Virus record (IMG/VR): IMGVR_UViG_3300006028_000002
Coordinates: 24,064-88,063 of that record
Direction: 5' to 3' (one strand)
Length of the DNA stretch: 64,000 nt
DNA from: a virus
The notes beneath the pieces are model-generated. The model saw nothing but the letters and a program-made list of their open reading frames with translations. It was not told the DNA's origin and did no database searches. This document shows, piece after piece, positions 35,286 through 45,436 of this stretch; within the stretch, counting starts at the first letter, position 1; every line of letters begins with the position of its first letter. The position numbers and the translations under genes were made by a program.

Positions 35286-36539
35286 TTAGACAGCAAAGGT
35301 TACTTGGATGTACGGGGCATAGCCGGTGGTGCCGAAACCGCGCATACCGGTTGACGAGTCGGTGAAATTAAAACTTCCGCCCAGCACCGAGTTAGCATTA
35401 CTGTTCAGAATGTTGGACATCTGGCTGGTAATATCAAATCCATTCCAACCAGGCACCACCCACAGATTTTTGACATCGAGCCCGCCAAAACCGTTGTTGG
35501 GGAATGTTGTGGCAATCGTTGAGTTGGTGCTCCATTTCCAGTTCCAGTCCGCCGGGCTGGATGATGACGCGAAACAGTAGTAGAACATCGCGGCGCTCAG
35601 TACCGTGGCGCTCGCCAAATCCGTGCGCATGGTGGCCGCATCGAACGTCCACATATTCGACTCATCGCCAAATGAGCGCCCAGACAGGGACCACGAGTAG
35701 ATGTTGTTGTCGCCGTCCGGTGAGCCGATGAAATTACCGTTGTGGTCGTACGAGCGGGAACCGGTGGCCCGGTAGATCTTGACGTGAGTCTGGGCACCAC
35801 TGGCCGGCCCCAACTCGGCGATGCGCAGCCATGACCCGGATTGCAGGATGGCCGGGGTTGCATTCGCGGTGGCCTGTGAGAAACGTAATTGCAGCAACCC
35901 GCCCGTGTCCGAGGTGGAAAACCAAGCGGAGGGACGGGCGACCGCGCTGGCGCCGAAACCGAAAATAGTCTGAGTGGTGGCGTCTCCGTACGCGGTAGCC
36001 GTATTGAAAATCGGGTAGTCATCGGTGCCGGTGCTCACATCGCCGAATGTGTTCCATTTGCAGGCCATGTTGGGCGGACCGGTCCAACCGAATTTGATAT
36101 TTGAGCTGCTGGTCGCGTTGTAAAACAGCGTGCCATCGATGCCATACTGGGTATTGTCGTTGAGCAGGAAATTTAGCAGCCCGGCATCGGCCATCGTGGT
36201 GGTGTTGGTGACCGGCACATCGCTGCGTAGAGAGCGATACCGGATCGGATCAATAAAGGTCACAGATCTGGAGGAACCCAGGTTACCCATGATGATGTAG
36301 CCGCCGGGCACCTTGGCCAGTAGTACCTCGCCCACGGTGAGCCCGTTGGGGGAGCACACCGGTACATTGATGAGCAGTACCGCACCACCCAGCAGTACGG
36401 TATTGGCAAAGCTGGTGGCGTCCCAGGTCAGTAGCTCCGCCGCACTCCAGTCCTGGGTGGAGGACGGCAGGCCCGGGATGTTGGTGGGCGCGATGAACTG
36501 CCGCGACATCGTAAATGCATCGGTGCCCGGATTGGTCAT
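35286..36539 (-). CDS. Minor tail protein
   Basis: Position after DUF5047-like gene; beta-rich. Confidence 0.7.
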   Translation of the reverse strand: MTNPGTDAFTMSRQFIAPTNIPGLPSSTQDWSAAELLTWDATSFANTVLLGGAVLLINVPVCSPNGLTVGEVLLAKVPGGYIIMGNLGSSRSVTFIDPIRYRSLRSDVPVTNTTTMADAGLLNFLLNDNTQYGIDGTLFYNATSSSNIKFGWTGPPNMACKWNTFGDVSTGTDDYPIFNTATAYGDATTQTIFGFGASAVARPSAWFSTSDTGGLLQLRFSQATANATPAILQSGSWLRIAELGPASGAQTHVKIYRATGSRSYDHNGNFIGSPDGDNNIYSWSLSGRSFGDESNMWTFDAATMRTDLASATVLSAAMFYYCFASSSSPADWNWKWSTNSTIATTFPNNGFGGLDVKNLWVVPGWNGFDITSQMSNILNSNANSVLGGSFNFTDSSTGMRGFGTTGYAPYIQVTFAV

Positions 36540-36925
36540 GGCAGATCCGCCGTGAACAGTACCGCCAGCGCCCGGAAAGACATGGTGTCGCTCGCGCCGC
36601 CGGTTATTCTGCCGGCGAAACGCAGGGATTGTCCGGCGCCCACGCCGCCTACATTGGCGAGCGCGTTACCGGCCGCTGAGATCGTACTGGAGGTGCCGGG
36701 AATGTTTGTCCAGCTCGCTCCCCCATCGGCACTGGATTGCACCGTCCACGTGAGCGTGGGGGCGCCGCTGATAGCTCCCACGTAGAGCAGCAGCTCCAGA
36801 TCGGCGATCAGCCAACGGGGATACCGGGTGGCGTATGCGGGGGATGCGTAGTTGCCGACCCCTCGGACAGCGTAGGGCATCGCGACCACCCAGACCACCG
36901 AATGCACCCCCGCCGGTAGCGGCAT
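36536..36925 (-). CDS. Small beta-sandwich virion protein, paralog of 45083-45436
   Basis: RGVGNY...VQSSADGGASWTNI versus RGAGTY...VQTSPDNTTWTSI. Confidence 0.65.
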   Translation of the reverse strand: MPLPAGVHSVVWVVAMPYAVRGVGNYASPAYATRYPRWLIADLELLLYVGAISGAPTLTWTVQSSADGGASWTNIPGTSSTISAAGNALANVGGVGAGQSLRFAGRITGGASDTMSFRALAVLFTADLP

Positions 36926-36937
36926 AACACCCCCTCA

Positions 36938-37105
36938 TCAATCCCGGCGTGCCCAGCCGTACTCCACACAATGGTGTAGGGCCATGCTCACCTGAGTCTC
37001 GGTGGGTCGGCGCACGTACGGGACGCCGTAGGCCAGTTCCATCAGAAAACGTCCCTCCGAGGCGTAGCGCCCCAACGACGTCGGCGGTGTCTGGAGTAAC
37101 GGCAT
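36938..37105 (-). CDS. Hypothetical protein (55 aa)
   Basis: MPLLQTPPTSLGRY...; fills gap, RBS agggg. Confidence 0.45.
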   Translation of the reverse strand: MPLLQTPPTSLGRYASEGRFLMELAYGVPYVRRPTETQVSMALHHCVEYGWARRD

Positions 37106-37117
37106 TACAACCCCCTA

Positions 37118-38347
37118 TCAGGCCAACACGCCGAGACCCAGCTGGAGACCTTCAGTAGCCAGCGGAATCCGGGTAATAACCTGCGCCGGTTTGTTCACGT
37201 TAAGAGGCAGCGTCATCGAGTCCACAATCGCACGTACCGGGTTGGTGTTGGGCCACACGATCACATCGATCGGATCGAACGGCTGGAGCGCCGGGTTAGG
37301 GATGGTTTGCAGGGTGAACGTCAGCGGCAACGATCGATAACGCCGCAGCAACGCCTCACCAGCCAGCACGACATCGCCGTCTGTCTGGAGTAGTGGGCTG
37401 GAATAGTAGGTGGTAGCCGGGCCGAACACGTGCGGATAGGTGGTGGAGTTCCAGGCCAGCGGACTGGCCGAGTCGGCATTATACGAAATGATGAAATCAG
37501 TGATCGAGTTCGGGTCTGTGCCGTACGCGGTCACTATGTTGACGACGTTTGTCCGCTTTGTTGACCGGGTGGCTGAGATGACGTTGCCACCCTTGCCGGC
37601 CGCCAGTGTGGCTTTCGGTGTGGAGTAGTCCACCAGCAGGGAGAACACTTCCATGCCGCCATCATTGTTAAATTTGATGGCCGAGTTGTAGATATGGATC
37701 AGATCAGCGAGATAGGAATACGTGCTATCCTGCACCAGCTGATCGCCCACGATGACCGTCTTATCCGGATCGTATCCGGTCCACGTGATCGGCACCCGTA
37801 CGTTGTAATAAGCACCCGGACCTGCCGGCGACACCCCCGGGTATGTCTGCTGCTGCGGAATAGCAATGCCGTTGACCAGGCGCTCAAACACGTCCCGGTG
37901 CGTGTTTCTATCATTGATCGGAATTGGCATCTGGACGGAGTTCTGCTGGATCTGCGCGATCCGATCCAGCGCAATGATCTCGATGGGCCCATAGGGTGCG
38001 TTATTCTGAGTGACCTGCTCAATCCTATGATAACCGAGCGGCACCAATTCTTTGTCCCCGTTGGCGTATTCCACACCAAGTTTGACGTACAGTTCCGCGC
38101 CGTACGGCTGAAAGGCAGTCCAGGGGTCTATAAATCCAGGCACCGCGAGATTGCCGGGCACCGTGACGGTCAATGTGGATTTGACGTCGGTCAAAGAACT
38201 GATCGTTAAAGTGCCATCGACCACCGGGATATTGATACCGGTCGGGTTGGTGCCGAATTGTGGCACTGGGTTGCACAAGGTGATCTGGTACGCGGCCCGG
38301 TAGCTTCCCTGTACGGCATTAAGGAAACGCTGGCTTACGGGATGCAC
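37118..38347 (-). CDS. Minor tail / baseplate hub protein (DUF5047-like)
   Basis: VSQRFLNAVQGS, PYGAELYV..G, VPLGYHRI, FGPATTYYSSPLL, PNPALQPFD. Confidence 0.75.
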   Translation of the reverse strand: MHPVSQRFLNAVQGSYRAAYQITLCNPVPQFGTNPTGINIPVVDGTLTISSLTDVKSTLTVTVPGNLAVPGFIDPWTAFQPYGAELYVKLGVEYANGDKELVPLGYHRIEQVTQNNAPYGPIEIIALDRIAQIQQNSVQMPIPINDRNTHRDVFERLVNGIAIPQQQTYPGVSPAGPGAYYNVRVPITWTGYDPDKTVIVGDQLVQDSTYSYLADLIHIYNSAIKFNNDGGMEVFSLLVDYSTPKATLAAGKGGNVISATRSTKRTNVVNIVTAYGTDPNSITDFIISYNADSASPLAWNSTTYPHVFGPATTYYSSPLLQTDGDVVLAGEALLRRYRSLPLTFTLQTIPNPALQPFDPIDVIVWPNTNPVRAIVDSMTLPLNVNKPAQVITRIPLATEGLQLGLGVLA

Positions 38348-38360
38348 CCGGGGGCACCCC

Positions 38361-39782
38361 CTACATCGTCCAGAGCGCGTCAATCGGCTGGCCACGCAGA
38401 TTCAGGATCGCCTGATAGGTGGCATTCGCGGCCAGTGTCGCAGCGTAGTCCGCATAGTTGGTGAGCAACGCTGCATAGGTGACCAGGTTGCCGACAATCG
38501 AGATGTCTGGCATGACCACTTCAGTCAATGGGACTTTGATCAATGCCCGGACGCTGCGGTGCGAGGGCCGCGCGTAGCTGTAGTTGCCCACTGCGCCGTA
38601 CATGGGTTGAAACGCCACATTCGGCGGCGTGTGCACGAACACCACATTGCCGACCGTGAGCACCAGCTCGATGGCTTGTAGCTCGGCGACGCTATCCGCC
38701 CAGACATGCAAGGTGACGGTGCGAGGGGAAGCTACATCCTGGTAGGCGGTGGCGTCGCGCTGGGCGTGGATCGCATAGGTGGCGGTGCGCGCAGTACGGG
38801 CGTTGTCCGACCAGTCCACCATGGTGATCGAGCGATTCAGGTAGGGGACTTCGGGCACCTTGAGCCACACCGCGACCATATAAGGCGTAATGGCGGCCAC
38901 GGTGCGAGTGACATAGGCCGAGGATTGCAAGGCCACCATGACGCCGTAGGAAATCCCTACGCTGCCGCCGGTCACCACGAACGCGCCGGAAGCCACCGGA
39001 GCAGCGGTGGGGGTCAGCAGGTAGTCCCAGACCAGCCCCGCGCCGGATCCGAGGCTCGATGAGATGTCACCCAGCTCGATAGCGCCGGCCAGGGTAGCGA
39101 CTGAGGTCCAGCTGGATTGCCGCCAGCCCAGGTACAGGATCGCATCCCACGCCGCGGTGAAAGCGAACAGGCCCGGATAGGTGATGTTGGCCGCGCTCGG
39201 ATTCTTTTGGTAGGCACTCGCTGCGGGCACCAGATCCAGATTCCGGAAACACGCGGTCTGCGCAATCACATCAGCGCCGGTCGCACCCGCCGTAATCGTC
39301 ACAGTCGGCGCGGATTCGGAGGCACTGGCGCGTTTGCCGAACAATCCCCAGTTGTCCTGCTGCGCAATCACTGAGTAACCGGTGGGCACATTGACAGAGC
39401 CGGTGCCCGCGTTGCGGATCGCCCCCCACACGAGTAGGAGATCACCCTCGCCCCACGTGCTGCCCTGTCCTGCTGGCAGTGCGGGGGTTACCGAGGCATT
39501 GTTGGCAGTGGCTGACGTACCTGCCGCCAGAAAACTGGGTGCACTGATGTCCACCGCAGTGGCGCGATAGTAGTTGGGAACGCCAGCCGAGAACTCATAG
39601 TCTGTGACGCTGGCTGCATTCGATACTGCGGCAACCGATGCACCGCCCCGGACCGGTGACCAGTGGACCTGATCAATGCTGCGCTCGAACGTAACGGTAT
39701 CAACCGATGCTGCTAATGAGGAGACGGTAACGGTAACTGCGGAAAACGTGTCTGAGTAGGTAAGTGTGAGAACTGGAGACAA
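38361..39782 (-). CDS. Distal tail-like protein with inserted beta domain
   Basis: Follows tape measure; VRGG, DYEF..GVPNYYRA, VWLK..PYLN. Confidence 0.7.
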   Translation of the reverse strand: MSPVLTLTYSDTFSAVTVTVSSLAASVDTVTFERSIDQVHWSPVRGGASVAAVSNAASVTDYEFSAGVPNYYRATAVDISAPSFLAAGTSATANNASVTPALPAGQGSTWGEGDLLLVWGAIRNAGTGSVNVPTGYSVIAQQDNWGLFGKRASASESAPTVTITAGATGADVIAQTACFRNLDLVPAASAYQKNPSAANITYPGLFAFTAAWDAILYLGWRQSSWTSVATLAGAIELGDISSSLGSGAGLVWDYLLTPTAAPVASGAFVVTGGSVGISYGVMVALQSSAYVTRTVAAITPYMVAVWLKVPEVPYLNRSITMVDWSDNARTARTATYAIHAQRDATAYQDVASPRTVTLHVWADSVAELQAIELVLTVGNVVFVHTPPNVAFQPMYGAVGNYSYARPSHRSVRALIKVPLTEVVMPDISIVGNLVTYAALLTNYADYAATLAANATYQAILNLRGQPIDALWTM

Positions 39783-39791
39783 GACTGCCTC

Positions 39792-40955
39792 CTAGTTAAT
39801 GAGCCCGCGGCCCATGCGTGCGAGTACCGCCGTGGCCTGATCGCTGCGCCGAATTTCATGGCTGATGATGTCCCGCAACTCCGACTCGCCGATTTTGACC
39901 GTGACAAAGGTGTGGCCCGTGTTGATATTGGGGGTGATGCTGCCCATTCCGGAGCCCATATGCAGCATTTCCGGCCCGTTCTCACCCACCAGATAAGACC
40001 GACCACCGAACACCGGACCACCTGCGGCGCGGCCACCGCCGAACAGGTTAGAAAAGAATCCGGTGATGCCGTGCCACAGATTACTAAAGAATCCTCCCCC
40101 GCTGCTGGTCGTGGTACCCCCGCTACCGCCGCTGGTGCCACCTGCCCCACCCAGTATGCCGCCCGCCGCGCTACCCACTCCGGTGATCCCAGACAGGACG
40201 GGTGCTATGAAACTGAGTAGCTTGGCAAACCAGCCGATGAGTGTAGTCACAATCGGCAGCAGGTCCATGAGGATGGCGGCCATCGACTGGAACAGGGAGA
40301 GCAGCGTGGGCAGCATCTTTTCGACCAGCGGGCCGAGCGATGCAAGCCATTTATCAAATGTGGTGATCCACTGCTGAATCGTTGCCACCACAGCGGGTTG
40401 TAGCAGGAAATGCACAAGCTGTTCCCGCAAGTTCCCCAGTGTGGTGCCGATGCTGCCGAGCCCGGTATCCAGAATCGGGAAGTACGTGGCGGCCAGCTGG
40501 CTGATATCTTTCGAGAACCCGGACCAGAATCCCTGTTCTATAATACCGTAGAGGTTTTTCAACTCCGGTTCGAGAAAACGTATCGCAGCTACCGCGTCTT
40601 TCATGGCTGGCGCCATATTACGGGTAGCGCCCACATAGGTGGCCGGATCGGTAGCTGTCAACGCTTGATTAAAACCGGTGAACGCCATCGAGGCCACCGA
40701 CATCGGATTAACGAGTGCCAGCAGAAACGCCGGCATGATAAACAACACCTTGGCAAATGCGGTAATGCCACCCACCACAGTTTTCAGCAGCGGTTTGAAA
40801 TTGCCGCCGAGCGCCGAGACAAACGATTTGCCGATGTTGGTAACCATGCTGCCGAGCCGGTCGATCATCCCGAGTGCCTGTTTAGTGCCAGACACCAACC
40901 CGGACGCCGAGCCCGCGAAGTTGACCATAATGGTTCGGGTGGTGGAATAGGCCAC
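39792..40955 (-). CDS. Tape measure protein (short, 387 aa)
   Basis: Amphipathic helical repeats; RAAGGPV...YLVGENGPE C-terminal motif. Confidence 0.8.
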   Translation of the reverse strand: MAYSTTRTIMVNFAGSASGLVSGTKQALGMIDRLGSMVTNIGKSFVSALGGNFKPLLKTVVGGITAFAKVLFIMPAFLLALVNPMSVASMAFTGFNQALTATDPATYVGATRNMAPAMKDAVAAIRFLEPELKNLYGIIEQGFWSGFSKDISQLAATYFPILDTGLGSIGTTLGNLREQLVHFLLQPAVVATIQQWITTFDKWLASLGPLVEKMLPTLLSLFQSMAAILMDLLPIVTTLIGWFAKLLSFIAPVLSGITGVGSAAGGILGGAGGTSGGSGGTTTSSGGGFFSNLWHGITGFFSNLFGGGRAAGGPVFGGRSYLVGENGPEMLHMGSGMGSITPNINTGHTFVTVKIGESELRDIISHEIRRSDQATAVLARMGRGLIN

Positions 40956-40970
40956 TGCTGACCCCCGAAC

Positions 40971-41132
40971 TCACGTGTTATGTACGTAGGTATAATGCAC
41001 GACTATTCGATGCTCGATCATCGGAACAGTAGGATCCTGCTGTTCCAGCTCCCCCGGACGCTGAAAAAACGGATGCGCATGTTTGAAATCCCCCGGGCGT
41101 TTCCCGATGTCCATGATCCACGGCTCGAACAT
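40971..41132 (-). CDS. Hypothetical protein (53 aa)
   Basis: TGATG overlap; MFEPWIMDIGKRPGDF... Confidence 0.45.
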   Translation of the reverse strand: MFEPWIMDIGKRPGDFKHAHPFFQRPGELEQQDPTVPMIEHRIVVHYTYVHNT

Positions 41133-42082
41133 CAGATCAGCAGGTCCGCTGCGCCCTCGGTGATAGCTTCCACGTCTTTGGCGATACCCCCGGCCAGATC
41201 TGAGGACACCGATCGCGCGGCACTCTGCTGCGCCTCGAACTGGCTGCCCGGCTCAATCGAGTCCCCGCCCTCCAGCTCACCGCCCCCCGATTCCGCCGCC
41301 TGCGGGCCCTGTGCGGACGTAGGGGGAGGATTGTCAGCCGCCCAGGCAGCCACGGCCGGAAAAAACCAGGGACCGCTGTGAAACTGTTGCGACGTGTTGT
41401 ACTCGCTGCCGTAGGCCAGCGCGCTCGCCGGGGTGTCACGGGAACCCACGGGTGCATTGCCGCCCGCGCTCACGGTGTTGGCCGCCTGATCCACGGCCAC
41501 GGTCTGAGCCACCAGGGCAGCCTGACCACCCGCGCCGATGCCGGCGGCAGCCACCGCGGCCAGCAGGCTGTAATCCGCGTACACGAGATGCGCCGAGAGC
41601 GTGCCGGGTGAACTGGTGTCCGTCCAGGAGTTGACTGGCGGCTGCTGCTCGCCGCCCCCTGATCCCCATGGGCTGGCGGTGCCACCGAACGGGCTGGCCG
41701 AGGGTGCACCAGGCGTGGGGGCCGGCTCGGCGCTGGCTTGGCTCACCCGATCCGCTTGCGCGCTTGCGGCGTGCGCGAGGGACGGTAGTGCCGCCGAACC
41801 GGGATCGCCCAGGCTGCGGGCTGCCGAGGCGGCATCCATCGAGGAACTGTACTGATCATCACCGAGGTTGGGGCCTGGCTGAATACCCTGCAAATGGCTA
41901 TCCGGCACGTTGGCCTGATTGGTCTGCTGCATCGGGGATCCCAGCGAGTAATCCGGCAGGGTGGCCAGGTCGCTGGCACCTTCCGCGCTGACGTCGCTAA
42001 ACGACTCACCCTGGCTGCCGTCTGAGCTCCATGCCCCGGCGGTCTGCTGGTCGGTGTAGTCACCGTCGATAGGGTCGGACAT
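41132..42082 (-). CDS. Possible neck/tail-completion protein with long acidic disordered extensions
   Basis: Core AYGSEY...QF...GPWFFPAV; acidic low-complexity flanks. Confidence 0.55.
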   Translation of the reverse strand: MSDPIDGDYTDQQTAGAWSSDGSQGESFSDVSAEGASDLATLPDYSLGSPMQQTNQANVPDSHLQGIQPGPNLGDDQYSSSMDAASAARSLGDPGSAALPSLAHAASAQADRVSQASAEPAPTPGAPSASPFGGTASPWGSGGGEQQPPVNSWTDTSSPGTLSAHLVYADYSLLAAVAAAGIGAGGQAALVAQTVAVDQAANTVSAGGNAPVGSRDTPASALAYGSEYNTSQQFHSGPWFFPAVAAWAADNPPPTSAQGPQAAESGGGELEGGDSIEPGSQFEAQQSAARSVSSDLAGGIAKDVEAITEGAADLLI

Positions 42083-42094
42083 CAGCTCACCGTC

Positions 42095-42265
42095 CTAGCC
42101 TGACATCAGCCTGCCCTCGGCATCGGTGTTGGTGCTGGAGCGGAGCATCTCGGCCGCGGTGGTGAGCGTCCGGTAGTCCTGGCGCCACCACGCCTCCGGA
42201 TCGGTGTTGGTGGCCAGCGCCAGGGAGATCACGAGCCGCGTCAACGACCCGTCCGGGTAGGGTCC
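42095..42265 (-). CDS. -1 frameshift extension of tail assembly chaperone
   Basis: GGACCCTAC site at about 42257-42265; -1 frame PYPDGSLTRLVISLALATNTDPEAW...RTLTTAAEML to TAG at 42095. Confidence 0.7.
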   Translation of the reverse strand, partial: GPYPDGSLTRLVISLALATNTDPEAWWRQDYRTLTTAAEMLRSSTNTDAEGRLMSG

Positions 42266-42660
42266 GCGCCGCGCCCCGGCAACGATTCCAGCAAGTCCAT
42301 CACCGCGTCGGCGATACTTTCCGGGGTGACCGTCACACCCATCAAAGCCTTTTCAATAACCGCAGCCAGCTCGATCCGATCGAGTGCGGCAACTGTATTG
42401 CTTGCCTTTGGCTGCACAGTGTGGGTATCGGCCCATTCATCCACGGTGGGGGGCAGGGTGCGGAGTCGCTGGCGTTTGATGGCGACATAGACAAGACTGA
42501 ACAGATCATCGGCTTTGGTGTTCTCGATCAGATTGCGCATGGTGTTGCGGAACCCTTGACGCTCCCAGGCCCGGATGTCCCGCAGATCCACGCTCACCTC
42601 ATAGGATTCCCCCTCATCGGGAACTACCACAAACACATCATTACCGGTATTACCCAGCAT
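42241..42660 (-). CDS. Tail assembly chaperone
   Basis: Between tail tube and tape measure; ends ...ADPTRTGR. Confidence 0.75.
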   Translation of the reverse strand: MLGNTGNDVFVVVPDEGESYEVSVDLRDIRAWERQGFRNTMRNLIENTKADDLFSLVYVAIKRQRLRTLPPTVDEWADTHTVQPKASNTVAALDRIELAAVIEKALMGVTVTPESIADAVMDLLESLPGRGADPTRTGR

Positions 42661-43178
42661 TACGTGGACACCCCCAAAACGGCGATAGTGTAGATCACCG
42701 AAGTGGTGCCAGCCGCATTCGCGATCTGCAACAGATCACCCGTGCCGGCGGTTACTACGTAGCCAACCGAATCTGCGGTAGCGGTCATCCACAATGCCGC
42801 GCCGCCCGGTCGCAGGGTCGTGGTGTGGGTGGTCGCCCCCATCAGTCCGGTCCACGTGGTGGCGCCACCGCCGATGGTGAGGTTGTTGGTGTTGCCGCCA
42901 TCAGCAGCGATCATCAGCACCTTGATGCGGGCCAACGTGACAGTGACGCCGAACGGATCTTTCAATGTGCCGGCGAAATCAATGGTCTCATTCGCGCTGG
43001 CACCCAGTGTTCTCTTGTCCCACCAGCCCACATCCGCCAAACCAGCACCGGCAGTCAGCGCAGCTCCCACCGCCGTGCTAACACTGCTGGACAGATTCGC
43101 GGTGGACGTGCCGGTATTGAGCACGCCCGCCAAGGCCGCCGAAAGCGACACACCCACCTGAGCGGTAGTCAATGACAT
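42660..43178 (-). CDS. Virion structural protein
   Basis: LKDPFG, TAGTGDLLQIAN; in tail operon. Confidence 0.7.
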   Translation of the reverse strand: MSLTTAQVGVSLSAALAGVLNTGTSTANLSSSVSTAVGAALTAGAGLADVGWWDKRTLGASANETIDFAGTLKDPFGVTVTLARIKVLMIAADGGNTNNLTIGGGATTWTGLMGATTHTTTLRPGGAALWMTATADSVGYVVTAGTGDLLQIANAAGTTSVIYTIAVLGVST

Positions 43179-43187
43179 ATCAGATCC

Positions 43188-43655
43188 TTACCGAGGTGGT
43201 GTATAGGTCGGGATACCGAGAATGAGCAGATTGACTGACGTCTCCTCAATCGTGCGGACGTCGCCACCCACCGAGGGGGCCTTGAGCACGCAGTTACCCG
43301 CCCACGTCACATGCTGGCCGGCGATATCCGGGTGATGCTCAAGACTAAAAGCGGCCACCGCGCGAGTATTCTGCATGAGGTAATCGCTTAGTCCGCCGCT
43401 CCGCCAATCGCTGTAGAATTTGAGCGATAACTGCCAGTCATCATCCGTCTCGGTGCGAAACTCACTCGCCGCACCGCCGTAAGTAAATGTCTTGGTACCG
43501 TCCACCGTGTTGTTGTTCAGCATCCAGGATGAGATCTGGAAACCGTACGAAACAGCCGCCAAGGTAAACGTAATGACCTTGAGCCTGTTGCGTAAAACCT
43601 GATATCCGGTCGGTGGTGGAATAGTAGAGGTATTCGGCACAGGCGGTGCGGTCAT
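43188..43655 (-). CDS. Major tail (tube) protein
   Basis: Position after tail terminator; WQLSLKFYSDW, APSVGGD. Confidence 0.7.
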   Translation of the reverse strand: MTAPPVPNTSTIPPPTGYQVLRNRLKVITFTLAAVSYGFQISSWMLNNNTVDGTKTFTYGGAASEFRTETDDDWQLSLKFYSDWRSGGLSDYLMQNTRAVAAFSLEHHPDIAGQHVTWAGNCVLKAPSVGGDVRTIEETSVNLLILGIPTYTPPR

Positions 43656-43712
43656 AAGGGCCCCCTAACAATGGACTGGAGGCCCTGGCCCCCGACTATG
43701 AGAATGCTCTAA

Positions 43713-44096
43713 TTAGGAGTGCAGCTCAATTTGTACAGTAGTCGTGTAACAGGGGAGCCCACCTTGCGGACTCGGGTAGATGCCAGGCCCGGATGACAGG
43801 ATCACGCCGGGGGTGCCCACCTCGATAGCGCTACACAACTGCGGCATCATGGCCAACAACGTGTCCTGCGCATATTGATTCATGCTGACCACCAGGTACA
43901 CATTCCACTGCCCGGTGGTGGGCTGGCCGCCCGCGTTGTAGGTACGCCAAAACAACCGGGGGGGACCGATCACCACGGCCGGCGGAGCAATCGAGACCAC
44001 CACGTTGGTCAATACCGGCAGGGTGGGCAACGCCAGCGATACCGCATCGGCGATCATCTGAGCGCCCAGTTGGATGGAGGTGAGGGGAGCAGTCAC
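43713..44096 (-). CDS. Tail terminator
   Basis: IAPPAVVIGPP...LPCY; position. Confidence 0.65.
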   Translation of the reverse strand: MTAPLTSIQLGAQMIADAVSLALPTLPVLTNVVVSIAPPAVVIGPPRLFWRTYNAGGQPTTGQWNVYLVVSMNQYAQDTLLAMMPQLCSAIEVGTPGVILSSGPGIYPSPQGGLPCYTTTVQIELHS

Positions 44097-44425
44097 GAGA
44101 AACCGCCCGTGATGCCCAACTGAATCAGAATGTCAGGATCAGAGGCCATCACCGTGGCGGTGCCCATGCCGCCCATGTTGACCGTGCCATCCGGGCTGAC
44201 CCGGCGCACAAACCATCGAGCGGCCAATCGCAGCGCGCCCAGCTGTACGTCCAGTGGGACCGTCCAGGCGCCGTGGTAATCGAGGTCCGGGCGGTGTGCT
44301 TCCACCCAGGCTTGTGCGGCGTCCAGCACCCGTTGCATGGCCTCATCGTCGCGTGTGGACAGCGCACTGCGATCTAATGTCTGATCATTTTTAAGTGCTT
44401 CCAACGTCAGCCAGCCGGGCATCAT
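44093..44425 (-). CDS. Head-tail connector (adaptor)
   Basis: VPLDVQLGALRLAARWFVRRVSPDG...DPDI. Confidence 0.8.
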   Translation of the reverse strand: MMPGWLTLEALKNDQTLDRSALSTRDDEAMQRVLDAAQAWVEAHRPDLDYHGAWTVPLDVQLGALRLAARWFVRRVSPDGTVNMGGMGTATVMASDPDILIQLGITGGFS

Positions 44426-44534
44426 TCACCGCCTACACTGAAGCCCATGGACGATCTTTACGTACATTGCTCAGTGCCGTGGCACCAAGAATTACGCGAC
44501 GGTCACGGCACCTTGGAGATAATCATGCTGCTGA

Positions 44535-45080
44535 TTACTTCGCTGCCGGTTTCGGCGGAGAATCCGGGGCCGGCTTTGACGTGACATCCGTGGTGGTAGT
44601 CACCGTAGTACTGCCCCCAGCGGGTGAGGTCGTAGTCTGGCCTGCTGGTTTCGCACTAGTGGCAGGCGGAATGGACACTCCCGGCGCCAGTGGCTCCGCT
44701 GCGGGTGGCGGAGGTGGGGAGGGTGCGTCGGTGCGCACCTGGCCGGGCGGCGTGGCACTGCGGCCCTCTGGTGGCCGCTTGCGGGCATCCACAGACTTAT
44801 CCCCCGGTGTGGAACGCTTCTGCCGAGCCTCCCACGCATCCAGATCGAATCCCTGTGCCTCCAGCACCTTGGTAGCGGCCTTGACACGCTCGTCGTTACC
44901 GTGCGCACGGGCATTGCGTAGCTCGGCGAGTGCCTGACGAACCTGGCCCGCACTCTGATAAGCCACGCCCAGCTCCTTATTCTGGGCAACCGCCGTAACC
45001 TGAGTTCCGCCTGCATCCAGCTGCCCTGGCCCGGTCTGTGGCTCACGGGTGGGAGTGGCGGGAGTCTTGTCGTCTGCCAT
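44535..45080 (-). CDS. Pro/Thr-rich head-associated protein
   Basis: RBS aaggtg; ARKRPPEGRS; downstream of capsid. Confidence 0.6.
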   Translation of the reverse strand: MADDKTPATPTREPQTGPGQLDAGGTQVTAVAQNKELGVAYQSAGQVRQALAELRNARAHGNDERVKAATKVLEAQGFDLDAWEARQKRSTPGDKSVDARKRPPEGRSATPPGQVRTDAPSPPPPPAAEPLAPGVSIPPATSAKPAGQTTTSPAGGSTTVTTTTDVTSKPAPDSPPKPAAK

Positions 45081-45082
45081 TG

Positions 45083-45436
45083 TCACCACACCTTAGCCCC
45101 GAGTACGAAAGTCGCCGTAGGCGTCCCTGTTCCACCGACTGTGACCAATATCTGCGCATATAAAGCGGCACCAACAAAAGCAAAACCAGATGCCTGACCT
45201 GTCGCGGTCAACTGGGAGATACCGCTGGCTGTGATCGAGGTCCAGGTCGTGTTGTCCGGTGAGGTCTGCACCACCGCATCGATAGTCTGCGTTGAGCCAC
45301 CCACTGCGGAAACCACGATAAAGAACTGCACAAAGTTGGCCTGGCCCGGGTTAGACACTTCGCCAGTACCGTACGTACCCGCTCCGCGCGATGCGGAAGG
45401 CAGAAGAATATCGCCAAAAACCGGATGCAAAGACAT
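45083..45436 (-). CDS. Possible capsid decoration protein
   Basis: Beta-sandwich VQTSPDNTTWT; after capsid; paralog at 36536. Confidence 0.6.
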   Translation of the reverse strand: MSLHPVFGDILLPSASRGAGTYGTGEVSNPGQANFVQFFIVVSAVGGSTQTIDAVVQTSPDNTTWTSITASGISQLTATGQASGFAFVGAALYAQILVTVGGTGTPTATFVLGAKVW

